Positions 47,194 to 56,075 of a stretch of DNA of 64,000 bases are shown piece by piece. The notes under the pieces are model-generated. The model was not told where the DNA came from. It saw only the letters and a program-made list of their open reading frames with translations, and searched no databases. Both the position numbers and the translations under genes were made by a program. The stretch covers positions 357-64,356 of the forward strand of contig JACPWC010000009.1 in assembly GCA_016197225.1 (NCBI GenBank), read 5' to 3'. The DNA comes from Chloroflexota bacterium. GTDB lineage: Bacteria; Chloroflexota; Anaerolineae; Anaerolineales; VGOW01. Positions within the stretch are counted from its first letter, which is position 1; each line of letters begins with the position of its first letter.

Positions 47194-47450
47194 TTAAAGA
47201 TGATCGTGAGGGTCTTCTACAACAAGCCCTTCAGCGCGGGCGGCGGCAAGCAGTTGCCGGTCAGATGAAACAAAAGCTAGCTGGACTGCCTGAGATTGGC
47301 ACACCTTGTTCACAGCCAGCCCGATGGCGAGTTGTATAGCATCATAAGCCTTGAGCGGGTATTGCTGAGTGAGATTTGCGGCATGCATCTGCCAGGCTCC
47401 GCAAAATAATATTTAACGAGGACGCTGGCATCAAAGAAATACTCAGCCAT
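47194..47450 (-). pseudogene. Decayed PIN-domain (VapC-like) toxin gene: N-terminal 21 codons and C-terminal 64 codons in different frames, middle missing
   Basis: ATG at 47448-47450 gives MAEYFFDASVLVKYYFAEPG (the typical PIN start). ORF 47194..47388 gives ...AYDAIQLA...FVSSDRQLLAAARAEGL (PIN C-terminus). The frames differ (62-nt offset) and about 45 codons are absent. Confidence 0.7.
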
Positions 47451-47453
47451 TGG

Positions 47454-47783
47454 TCAGCGACGATTCTCGATAATGATTTCAGAAACGGGCTTGTCCAGCT
47501 TAATTGCGCGCAATGCGGCGCGTATTCTTTGTTGCTCTTTCTTTGACCATTTTTCCCAGCGTTCAGCAGCCTGCAATTCTAATTGGGTTGGCTCGCGCAC
47601 TAGGCCAGCCGCAACCATAGCGGCTCTAATTCGTGCCCGCTCTGAAGTGAATGTGCCCGGTTTAATCTGATCTGATTTGATAAAACGATTAGGCGAGAAT
47701 AGCCAACGGAGTTTCTGAACTTCTTTCTGAGTCTGGCGAACCTGTTTGGCTAACTTGTTGACTTTTAGTTCAATCTCTGTCAT
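47454..47783 (-). CDS. Putative antitoxin partner of the decayed VapC
   Basis: 109-aa charged helical ORF ending ...KPVSEIIIENRR. Its stop is 3 nt before the PIN ATG. AT-rich like the toxin remnant. Confidence 0.45.
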   Translation of the reverse strand: MTEIELKVNKLAKQVRQTQKEVQKLRWLFSPNRFIKSDQIKPGTFTSERARIRAAMVAAGLVREPTQLELQAAERWEKWSKKEQQRIRAALRAIKLDKPVSEIIIENRR

Positions 47784-47802
47784 ATCGCACCTCTGGCGAA
47801 GA

Positions 47803-48444
47803 TTATAGCACTTGCCCGTCATCGCCCGTCGCGGTTAAGTTGACAACTGGCTGGGGTGAAGGCTCGGCTTCAGACACGGGGACGGCTTCCCCGGAGTCGG
47901 CGGGGGCGGGTTCGAGCGTCGTATCCACGTTCAGCGGCGGCAGTTGGTTGAGCGACGACAGTCCAAAATGTTGCAGGAAGGTCGAGGTCGTGCCGTAAAG
48001 AATCGGGCGGCCCGGCCCCTCGGTGCGGCCCACTTCTTCAATCAGCCCCTTGCTCAGCAGAGACTTGATGACGCCGTCGCAATTCACGCCGCGAATCGAT
48101 TCGAGTTGCGGGCGGGTGACAGGCTGCTGATAAGCCACGATGGCGAGCGTCTCCAAAGAAGGCTTGCTCAAATGTTGCGCCGACTCCAAACCGAGAAAGC
48201 GCTCGACTTCAGCCGCCACCGTCGGGGCGGTCGTCAACTGCACCCGATCCTTTGCGCGTTGCAGGCTGAGGCCGCGCGAGGCATAGGAGGATTCAAGTTC
48301 GGCCAGGGCGTCCTCGATCTGGCGCGGTTGAACTTCAAGTGCGGCGGCCAGTTGAGAAATCTGCGTTGGGCCGTCGGCGACAAAGAGCAGACTCTCCACC
48401 AGGGCCGGGAGCGGCAAAGTGGGCATGTTATAATTTTCACTCAA
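47803..48444 (-). CDS. scpB: Segregation and condensation protein B
   Basis: VESLLFVADGP..., LETLAIVAYQQPVTRPQLESIRGV, GRPILYGTT..FLQHFGL. Confidence 0.92.
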   Translation of the reverse strand: MSENYNMPTLPLPALVESLLFVADGPTQISQLAAALEVQPRQIEDALAELESSYASRGLSLQRAKDRVQLTTAPTVAAEVERFLGLESAQHLSKPSLETLAIVAYQQPVTRPQLESIRGVNCDGVIKSLLSKGLIEEVGRTEGPGRPILYGTTSTFLQHFGLSSLNQLPPLNVDTTLEPAPADSGEAVPVSEAEPSPQPVVNLTATGDDGQVL

Positions 48445-48459
48445 AGGATGTTGTGCTCA

Positions 48460-49023
48460 ATGAAAAACAAGAGATTAGTAATTTCAGTAGTGCTGATCGT
48501 GATCTTAAGTGCGGCCCTGGCCTGCGGCGGCCCGCTGGCCGTTGGCGGCCCCACCCCGGAATATCCCACCGTGGCCGTTTCCACCGAATCGGCGCAATCC
48601 CTGACCGATAAATTTGAGTCGCTCAAGGCCTCTACCGGCGAAGTGACGGTGTCCATCACCGAGAGCGAGCTGACGTCATTCATTGCCGAGAAGCTCGCCG
48701 CCCAGCCCGACTCGGCGCTGTCGAACCCGCAAGTTTATCTTCGCGACGGCAAGATCAAGTTGTATGCCACCGTGACCACCAGCAGTTTCACGGCCAATGC
48801 GCTCATTGTCGTAAACGTCACCCTCGTTGACGGCCAGATGGCGGCCACGATTGAAAAAGCCGACTTCGGCCCGGTTCCGGTGCCGAGCGATCTGCTGTCG
48901 TCGCTCACGTCCACCATCAACGACAACCTGCTGGCGCTGGCCGACAAACTGCCGTCGGACGTGCGCTTGAAGAGCATTGCCATTGCCGACGGCAACTTGA
49001 CGTTGACGGCAGATGTGAAATGA
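48460..49023 (+). CDS. Putative lipoprotein, function unknown
   Basis: MKNKRLVISVVLIVILSAALACGG lipobox-like signal. The longer ORF-track start overlaps scpB in antisense. Confidence 0.6.
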   Translation: MKNKRLVISVVLIVILSAALACGGPLAVGGPTPEYPTVAVSTESAQSLTDKFESLKASTGEVTVSITESELTSFIAEKLAAQPDSALSNPQVYLRDGKIKLYATVTTSSFTANALIVVNVTLVDGQMAATIEKADFGPVPVPSDLLSSLTSTINDNLLALADKLPSDVRLKSIAIADGNLTLTADVK

Positions 49024-49069
49024 GTCGGCGGCGCGAATTATAACAGACGCCTCCGACTTTTTCATTCAC

Positions 49070-50050
49070 ATGAACACTTACATTGCTGTTGATCTGGGCG
49101 GCACGAATATCCGCGCGGCGCGTTATACGCCGAGTGGCGTTCTGTTGGCTCGCGCCAAACGGCCCACCCATGCGCCGGACTCAGACGAGACTTTGCTGGA
49201 TCGCGTCGTCGCCACCATCACCGAAGTGCTGCCGGGCGAGGCCGATCAAGCCAATGGCGTGGTCGTGAAAGCCATCAGCATCGGCGCGCCCGGCCCGCTC
49301 AACCCGCACACCGGCCTTGTTTTGCGCGCCCCCAACCTGCCCGGCTGGGTGGATTTTCCGCTCCGTCAGGAAATCGAATCCCACTTTCACCTCCCGACGG
49401 AAATTGGCAACGACGCCAACCTGGCGGCGATGGCTGAGTGGAAGTTTGGCGCGGGCCGGGGCTACAACGATATTTTGTATCTCACCATCAGCACCGGCAT
49501 CGGCGGCGGGGTGATTTCGGGCGGGCGGCTGATCACGGGCGTCAACGGCCTGGCGACAGAACTCGGCCACGTGGTCGTGGCTCCCGACGGCCCGGTATGT
49601 GGCTGTGGTCAACGGGGACACCTGGAAGCGCTGGCCGCCGGGCCGGCCATTGCCCTGACCGCCCGCACTCGTTTGCGAAATGGCGAAGTGAAGACCCGGC
49701 TTCTGGATTATGTGGACGGCGATGTCGAAACGGTGACGGCCCAACACATCGGCGAAGCGGCTCTCAGCGGCGACGCATTTGCCATTAGCCTGCTTACCGA
49801 GGCTGGCACTTATGTCGGGCGGGCCATCGCCGATTACTTGCACGTCTTCAACCCGTCCATCGTCATTTTGGGCGGCGGCGTGGCCAGCAACGTGGGCAAC
49901 CTGCTGGTGGAACCCGCCTGGAAGGCCGTTTGCGAACGGGCCATGAGCGACATTTACTACAAAGAGTGCAACATTGTTCTGGCGATGCTGGCCGACGATG
50001 TGGGCTTGCTCGGCGCGCTGGCGCTGGCGGTTGAAACTCACCCGGAATAA
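49070..50050 (+). CDS. ROK-family sugar kinase (glucokinase-like)
   Basis: IAVDLGGTNIRAA, ISTGIGGGVI, and the zinc motif GHVVVAPDGPVCGCGQRGHLEA. Confidence 0.88.
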   Translation: MNTYIAVDLGGTNIRAARYTPSGVLLARAKRPTHAPDSDETLLDRVVATITEVLPGEADQANGVVVKAISIGAPGPLNPHTGLVLRAPNLPGWVDFPLRQEIESHFHLPTEIGNDANLAAMAEWKFGAGRGYNDILYLTISTGIGGGVISGGRLITGVNGLATELGHVVVAPDGPVCGCGQRGHLEALAAGPAIALTARTRLRNGEVKTRLLDYVDGDVETVTAQHIGEAALSGDAFAISLLTEAGTYVGRAIADYLHVFNPSIVILGGGVASNVGNLLVEPAWKAVCERAMSDIYYKECNIVLAMLADDVGLLGALALAVETHPE

Positions 50051-50129
50051 TTGACAAGATGAAGGGATGACAGGATGAGCTTTACCGAAAGATCACCTTG
50101 TCACCCTGTCATCTTGTCACCTTGTCAGG
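50051..50129. repeat. 7/8-nt repeat hairpin (GATGAAG GGATGAC AGGATGA / TCACCTTG TCACCCTG TCATCTTG TCACCTTG) upstream of the aminotransferase
   Basis: Read directly. The right arm abuts or overlaps the SD AGGAG (about 50127) of the gene starting at 50137. Confidence 0.6.
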
Positions 50130-50136
50130 AGACAGA

Positions 50137-51468
50137 ATGACGGTCAACAAACTTAACGTACCCGGCCCTAAGGCTCAGGAACTTCTCAAGCGCGATGCCG
50201 CTACCATTTCACCTTCCTATCCTCGTGATTATCCCTTCGTCATGTCGCACGGCAAAGGAACCCAGGTTTGGGACGTGGACGGCAACCGCTACCTCGACTT
50301 TGCCGCCGGCATTGCCGTGTGCTCCACCGGCCATAGCCACCCGGACGTGGTGAAAGCGATTCAGGAGCAGGCTGAAAAATTCATCCATATCTCGTCGGAC
50401 TTTTATCACGAAAAATGGGTGGAGCTTGGCGAGAAGCTGGACGAGATCGCCCCGTTCAAAGAAGACTCGCTGTGCTTCATGACCAACTCCGGGGCCGAGT
50501 CGGTGGAAGCGGCCATCAAGCTGGCCCGTTTCCACACGGGCCGCCCCCGGTTCATCGGCTTTCACGGCGGCTTCCACGGGCGCACTTATGGCGCGCTGGC
50601 CTTCACCGCCTCCAAAGCCACTCAACGGCGCGGCTTCAACCTGGCGATGCCGGGTGTGACTCACGTGCCGTTTCCCAACACTTACCGGCCTCGTTTGCAG
50701 TTTGATCCCAACAAGGGCGATTACGGCGACGCTGTGATCGAGTATCTGGAAAATGTGATCTTCATCTACGAATGCCCGCCGGAAGATATAGCCGCCATTT
50801 TGGTAGAGCCGATTCAGGGCGAGGGCGGCTACGTCATCCCGCCCAACTCGTTCTTCCCTCGCCTGCGAGCCTTGTGCGACAAATACGGCATCCTGCTCAT
50901 CGTAGACGAAGTGCAGAGCGGGATGGGCCGCACCGGCAAGTGGTGGGCCATTCAACACTGGGGCGTGGAGCCAGACATGGTGTGCTCGGCCAAAGGCATC
51001 GCCAGCGGCATGCCGCTGGGGGCGATGATCGCCCGCAAGAGTGTGATGAACTGGCCGCCCGGCGCGCACGGCAACACCTACGGCGGCAACCCGCTCTCGT
51101 GCGCCGCCGCCCTCGAAACTATCCGCCTGCTGGAGAACGGCTTCATCGCCAACGCCGCCGAAGTGGGTGAATACACCATCGAAGCTCTCGAAGAGATTGC
51201 GGCCCGCCACCCCAGCATTGGCGAAGTGCGGGGCAAAGGGTTGATGATCGGCGTGGAGTTTGTGAAGGACAGGGCCACCAAAGACCGCGCCCCGGATGTT
51301 CGCGACATGATGATTCACTCGGCGTTTGAGCATGGCCTGCTGTTGTTAGGCTGTGGCCGCAACACCGTGCGCGTCACCCCGCCGCTCAACGTGAGCAAGG
51401 CCGAGATTGACGAGGGGCTGGAGATTTTTGAGGCGGCGCTGACGGAGGCGGAGAAGAAAATTTTGTAA
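50137..51468 (+). CDS. Class III PLP-dependent aminotransferase (GabT/ArgD-like)
   Basis: SGAESVEAAIKLAR, LIVDEVQSGMGRTGKWW, CSAKGIASGMPLGA (PLP Lys). Confidence 0.9.
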   Translation: MTVNKLNVPGPKAQELLKRDAATISPSYPRDYPFVMSHGKGTQVWDVDGNRYLDFAAGIAVCSTGHSHPDVVKAIQEQAEKFIHISSDFYHEKWVELGEKLDEIAPFKEDSLCFMTNSGAESVEAAIKLARFHTGRPRFIGFHGGFHGRTYGALAFTASKATQRRGFNLAMPGVTHVPFPNTYRPRLQFDPNKGDYGDAVIEYLENVIFIYECPPEDIAAILVEPIQGEGGYVIPPNSFFPRLRALCDKYGILLIVDEVQSGMGRTGKWWAIQHWGVEPDMVCSAKGIASGMPLGAMIARKSVMNWPPGAHGNTYGGNPLSCAAALETIRLLENGFIANAAEVGEYTIEALEEIAARHPSIGEVRGKGLMIGVEFVKDRATKDRAPDVRDMMIHSAFEHGLLLLGCGRNTVRVTPPLNVSKAEIDEGLEIFEAALTEAEKKIL

Positions 51469-51496
51469 ACTTTACGCGCCAAAGCAATTACGAATC

Positions 51497-51538
51497 AAAA
51501 ACGCTCGCGATGGATAACTTTCATCGCGAGCGTTTTTT
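51497..51538. terminator. Bidirectional rho-independent terminator between convergent aminotransferase and glnA genes
   Basis: AAAA-ACGCTCGCGATG-loop-CATCGCGAGCGT-TTTTT. Confidence 0.8.
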
Positions 51539-51554
51539 CGTCAACCCTCAATGC

Positions 51555-52895
51555 TTAATACACCCCCAAATACCGATCCAACTCCCACTGGCTGACGCTG
51601 ATCCGGTACTCATCCCACTCCTGCACCCGGCCTTCGATGTAACGCTCGAAGAGATGGTCGCCCAGCGCCGCCTTCACCAACTCGCTCTTCCTGAGTTCCT
51701 CAATCGCTTCGCCCAGCGAGCCGGGCATGGCCGTCAACTTCGCCAGCGCCATCTCATCCAAATGATACAGGTCTTCCTCGTTCGGCGGCGGAACCGGCAG
51801 GTCGTTCTTGATGCCGTCGAGTCCGGCCATCAGCATCACGGCGGCGGTGAGGTAGGGATTGGCGCTCGGGTCGGGGCAACGTAGTTCGAGACGGCTGGCC
51901 GTCGCCACCCGCCCCGGGCTGACCTTCGGCACGCGAATGAGAGCCGAGCGGTTGGTGCGCGCCCAACTCAAATACACCGGCGCTTCGTAGCCGGGCACGA
52001 GGCGCTTGTAGCTATTCACCAGCGGGGCGATGATGGCCGACAGGCTCCGGGCATGTTTTAATTGCCCGGCAATAAATTTCTTGGCTGTCAGGCTCAGGCC
52101 ATATTCGTCGTTCGGGTCGGCAAACACATTCTTGCCATCCTTCCACAAGCTTTGGTGGGTGTGCATACCATTGCCGTTGATGCCGGCGATGGGCTTGGGC
52201 ATGAAGGTGGCGTAGAGGCCGTTGCGCTGGGCGATTGCCTTCAGAGTGATTCGCAACGTCACCGCGCTGTCGGCGGTTTGCAGAGCGTGGCCGTACTTGA
52301 AGTCAATCTCGTGCTGGCCGATGGCGACTTCGTGGTGCAGGGCTTCCACGTTGATGCCGAAGGCGGCCAGGGCCGTCACCATCTGCCGCCGCACCGAGTG
52401 CGCCAGGTCGGTGCTCATGTCGAAGTACCCGGCCTGATCGTGCGGCTCAAGTGGAAAGAGCGAGCCGTCGGCATGGCGCTTGAACAAAAAGAATTCCAGT
52501 TCCGGGCCGGTGAAGTATTGAAAGCCCATCTTGGCGGCTTCGGCCAAGGCCCGCTTGAGCACGTTGCGCGGGTCGCCGGAGAATGGCTCGCCGGTGGGCA
52601 TGTGAACGTCGCAGATCACCCGCGCCGTCGGCACGTCGGTGTCCCACGGAATGACGGCGAAGGTGTCGAGGTCGGGGTGGAGAAGCATGTCGCTCTCGGC
52701 GATGCGGGCAAACCCTTGCACCGACGAGCCGTCGAACCACATCCCGTGATCCAGCACGTCCTCCCACATCGCCGCCGGCAGGCCAACCGTCTTCACCATG
52801 CCCATAATGTCGGTGAACTGCAGGTTCATGAACTGAACGCCGCGCGATTTGATTTGCTCTTCGACTTTTTGAATTTTGCTTGTATCGTGTGCCAT
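51555..52895 (-). CDS. glnA: Glutamine synthetase type I
   Basis: FMNLQFTDIMGMVK, GPELEFFLF, NGNGMHTHQSLW, and the adenylylation-region/C-terminal motifs. 446 aa. Confidence 0.95.
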   Translation of the reverse strand: MAHDTSKIQKVEEQIKSRGVQFMNLQFTDIMGMVKTVGLPAAMWEDVLDHGMWFDGSSVQGFARIAESDMLLHPDLDTFAVIPWDTDVPTARVICDVHMPTGEPFSGDPRNVLKRALAEAAKMGFQYFTGPELEFFLFKRHADGSLFPLEPHDQAGYFDMSTDLAHSVRRQMVTALAAFGINVEALHHEVAIGQHEIDFKYGHALQTADSAVTLRITLKAIAQRNGLYATFMPKPIAGINGNGMHTHQSLWKDGKNVFADPNDEYGLSLTAKKFIAGQLKHARSLSAIIAPLVNSYKRLVPGYEAPVYLSWARTNRSALIRVPKVSPGRVATASRLELRCPDPSANPYLTAAVMLMAGLDGIKNDLPVPPPNEEDLYHLDEMALAKLTAMPGSLGEAIEELRKSELVKAALGDHLFERYIEGRVQEWDEYRISVSQWELDRYLGVY

Positions 52896-52983
52896 GAAAG
52901 TGTCTCCTTGAAGAAAATCTTGATTTGCCGAGTATAACAGAAGTTAACGGTCTTCCAACTTCGAGCGTGTTACAATTTCGCCA

Positions 52984-54537
52984 ATGCTCCCCGATTTTCA
53001 AGTCCGCCAGCGCGATTATTTGCTGGACATTATTCGCGCTCTCAGCCAACAACTCGATCTGGACACCGCGCTGGCCCGCATCCTCGAAGCCGCCTCCGAC
53101 ATCCTCGGCGGCCAGGCCGGGCTGATCGCCATCCGCGATGACGCCGGCGGCAGTTTCCGCGTCCGCGCCCAACACCGGGTCACGCCCGAATTCATCCGCC
53201 ACTTCGACGCCATTCTGCGCGAAGCCGCCGACCGGGGCGACCCGGCCCGCTTTGTCATCAGCGAGATCGAACGGCGGCTGGTGGCCGTTGGCCGCCAATT
53301 TGATCTTTCCGGCACGGTGGGCCTGCCCCTGCAACTCGGCGACGAACTGCTGGGCATCCTCCTCATCTTCCGCGCTGTTGCCGCCCCGTTCGGGGCCAAC
53401 GAGCGCAAACTGCTCCAGGCCTTCACCGACCAGGCCGCGATTGCCGTCAACAACGCCCGGCTCTATCAGAACAGTGTGAATGAACGACGGCGGCTGGACG
53501 CGGTGCTGGATGGATCGGCGGACGGCATTTTGATCATGGACTCGGGCCACCGGATTCAACGGTGGAACCGTGCCCTGGCCCGGCTGACCGGGATTGGGGC
53601 CGCCAACTCGGTGGGCCGCGGCCACGACGAAGTGATCCGTTGGGCCAAACGCGAGCCGGGCCTTGACCTCAACGACGCCGAAGCCGGTGGCTGGCCGTTC
53701 TCGTCCGGCTCGCCGCTTTACGTGGAAGGGGACTTGCGCAAGTCCAACGGTTCCACCGTCGCCGTCGGCATCACTTACGCCCCGATCTTCGACAAAGAGA
53801 ATCGCCTGGTCAACATTGTCGCCAACGTCCGCGACATCACCCGCTTCCGCGAAGCCGAGCAACTCAAGAGCACCTTCGTCTCGGTGGTCAGCCACGAATT
53901 AAAAACGCCGGTCTCGCTCATCAAAGGCTACGCCGGGACGTTGCGACGCGACGATGCAAAATGGGACTCGCGCACGGTGCAGGAAAGTTTGGCCGTCATC
54001 GAAGAAGAGGCCGACCGGTTGGCCGCCCTGATTGAGAATCTGCTCGACGCTTCGCGCCTGCAGGCCGGGGCTTTGAAGCTCAACATGGGCGAAGTAGATC
54101 TCAATGCCCTGGCTTCGGAGCTTGTCGTCAAGTTCCGCACCCAGACCGACAGGCACGCCTTCGTGGTAGAATTCCCGCCTACGCTCCCAATCGTTCACGG
54201 CGACGAAGAACGCCTGCGCCAGGTGCTCATCAATTTGCTGTCCAACGCCATCAAGTATTCGCCGGACGGCGGCGCGATTCGAGTCATGGGCCGGGCCGAG
54301 CCGGAGCAGGTCGTGGTCACGGTGAGCGACGAAGGCATGGGCCTGCCCGACGACGAGCTTGATAAAGTGTTCGATCGTTTTTACCGCGCCGACACGCCGG
54401 CCACCCGCCGCGCTCAGGGCGCCGGCCTCGGCCTCTACCTGGCGAAAGCCGTGGTGGAAGCGCACGGCGGCCAGATCTGGGCCAGCTCGGAAGCCGGGCG
54501 CGGCGCGGCTTTTAGTTTTAGTCTGCCAAGAGAATAG
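52984..54537 (+). CDS. Cytoplasmic GAF-PAS sensor histidine kinase
   Basis: GAF-like N-terminus, PAS (DGILIMDSGHRIQRWN), H-box VSHELKTPVSLI, N-box LLSNAIKYSP, and GAGLGLYLAK. Confidence 0.9.
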   Translation: MLPDFQVRQRDYLLDIIRALSQQLDLDTALARILEAASDILGGQAGLIAIRDDAGGSFRVRAQHRVTPEFIRHFDAILREAADRGDPARFVISEIERRLVAVGRQFDLSGTVGLPLQLGDELLGILLIFRAVAAPFGANERKLLQAFTDQAAIAVNNARLYQNSVNERRRLDAVLDGSADGILIMDSGHRIQRWNRALARLTGIGAANSVGRGHDEVIRWAKREPGLDLNDAEAGGWPFSSGSPLYVEGDLRKSNGSTVAVGITYAPIFDKENRLVNIVANVRDITRFREAEQLKSTFVSVVSHELKTPVSLIKGYAGTLRRDDAKWDSRTVQESLAVIEEEADRLAALIENLLDASRLQAGALKLNMGEVDLNALASELVVKFRTQTDRHAFVVEFPPTLPIVHGDEERLRQVLINLLSNAIKYSPDGGAIRVMGRAEPEQVVVTVSDEGMGLPDDELDKVFDRFYRADTPATRRAQGAGLGLYLAKAVVEAHGGQIWASSEAGRGAAFSFSLPRE

Positions 54538-54584
54538 ACAACCACTTCGTCACGCGAAGCGGCCATTCGTCATTCAGGAGTTTC

Positions 54585-55940
54585 ATGTACCCTTCCACCA
54601 CTGTCACCTGCCCTAACTGCAAAACGCCATTTGTTGCGCAGATCGAGCAAGTCTTCGACGTAGGGCTGGACCCGTCGGCCAAAGCCCGGTTCCTGCGCGG
54701 CCACTTCAACGTCATCACCTGCCCGCGTTGCCGTTATCAATCCATGATCGCCACGCCCATCGTCTACCACGACCCGGCCAAAGAATTGTTGCTGACGTTT
54801 GTGCCGATGGAACTTGGCCTGCCGCAGGCCGAGCAGGAACGCATGCTGGGCAATCTCACCAAAGCCATTGTCAACAGTTTGCCGCCCGAACAACGCAAAG
54901 GCTACTTGCTCCGCCCGACTCCGGCGCTGACTCTGCAGGGCATGATTGACCGGGTGCTGGAATCTGACGGCGTCACCAAAGAGATGATGGACGCCCAGCG
55001 GGCCAAAGTGTCGCTGATCGAGCAGTTCCTGACGACTACGAGTGAGGAGGCGCTGGCGGCGCTGGCGAAGGAGCACGACGCCGAACTCGATTATGGCTTC
55101 TTTGATCTGTTCACGGCTGCCATTCAGGCCGCCGCCGAAAGCGGCGACCGGGCTGGGGCCGAGCAGATGCTGGCCCTTCGCAACAAGGTGGTGGAACTGT
55201 CGTCGTTGGGCAAACAGTCGGCCCAGCAGGCGCATTTGTTTGAGGCAACCGCCGAGGAACTCAACAAGCTGGATGACAAGCTCACGCCAGAGTTATTCTT
55301 CGACATGGTGGTGAAAGCCGACAGTGAAGACCGGGCTTCGGCCCTGGTGTCGCTGGCCCGGCCCCTGGTGGATTACGACTTCTTCATGAAGCTCACCAAG
55401 CTGATCAATCAATCGCCCGACAAGGAACGCGAGCGCCTGCAAAAGTTGCGTGACCTGATTCTGAACGTGGTGGGCCAGGTGGATCAGGCGGCGCAGGCCC
55501 AGGGTCAGCAGGCGGCCAACCTGCTTCGCAAACTGCTGGAAGCGCCCGACCTCAAGCAGGCAGTGATGGAGAACCTGCCGCTGATTGACAACACCTTCAT
55601 GGCTATTCTCAACCAGAACTTTGACGCGGCCAGGAAAGCCGGGCGCAACGATGTGGCCGAGAAGCTCCAGCAAATTGGCGACGCCATCCTGAGTCTCATC
55701 CGCGATTCGGCTCCGCCGGAGATCAAACTCATCAATGAACTGCTGGGGTTCGAGACTGAAGAAGAGTCGCTCGAGGCCGTCCAGCGGCGCTCGGCAGAGA
55801 TCACGCCGCCGGTGATCGAGGCCATGAAACAGGTGGAGCAGGAGTTGAACGGCTCCGACCGCAAGGACGTGGCCGAGCGGCTGGGCAAGATTCGGGCCGC
55901 CGCCGAGCGCCAGGCCATGCTGGCCAAATGGAAGGCCTGA
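54585..55940 (+). CDS. CpXC-domain protein with long helical C-terminal region
   Basis: Two CPxC motifs (TCPNCKT ... TCPRCRY) in the first 50 aa. Confidence 0.7.
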   Translation: MYPSTTVTCPNCKTPFVAQIEQVFDVGLDPSAKARFLRGHFNVITCPRCRYQSMIATPIVYHDPAKELLLTFVPMELGLPQAEQERMLGNLTKAIVNSLPPEQRKGYLLRPTPALTLQGMIDRVLESDGVTKEMMDAQRAKVSLIEQFLTTTSEEALAALAKEHDAELDYGFFDLFTAAIQAAAESGDRAGAEQMLALRNKVVELSSLGKQSAQQAHLFEATAEELNKLDDKLTPELFFDMVVKADSEDRASALVSLARPLVDYDFFMKLTKLINQSPDKERERLQKLRDLILNVVGQVDQAAQAQGQQAANLLRKLLEAPDLKQAVMENLPLIDNTFMAILNQNFDAARKAGRNDVAEKLQQIGDAILSLIRDSAPPEIKLINELLGFETEEESLEAVQRRSAEITPPVIEAMKQVEQELNGSDRKDVAERLGKIRAAAERQAMLAKWKA

Positions 55941-55973
55941 GCCGGTCACTACTCAACAACATTTTTCCTGCAG

Positions 55974-56002
55974 AGACGCGCCGCTGGCGCGTCTTTGGTT
56001 TT
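55974..56002 (+). terminator. Rho-independent terminator
   Basis: AGACGCGCC-GCTG-GGCGCGTCT followed by TTGGTTTT. Confidence 0.7.
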
Positions 56003-56075
56003 CATCCAACCCTGATGCCGTTGTAATTCCAGTGTAAGGATTGCGGCCTACACTGGCCCTCAAAAGGAGAGTAGG

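Noticed and set aside
52896-52983. Looked for GlnR/TnrA (TGTNA-N7-TNACA) or NtcA (GTA-N8-TAC) boxes upstream of glnA
   Set aside because: Only partial half-site resemblance (TGTAAC ... GTTAAC) with the wrong spacing. Not supportable by eye.
50209-53895. Long antisense ORFs (50209..51333, 52062..52937, 52447..53895 at 482 aa) opposite the aminotransferase, glnA and the GAF-PAS kinase
   Set aside because: The same shadow-ORF phenomenon. The opposite strands carry strongly recognisable conserved genes.
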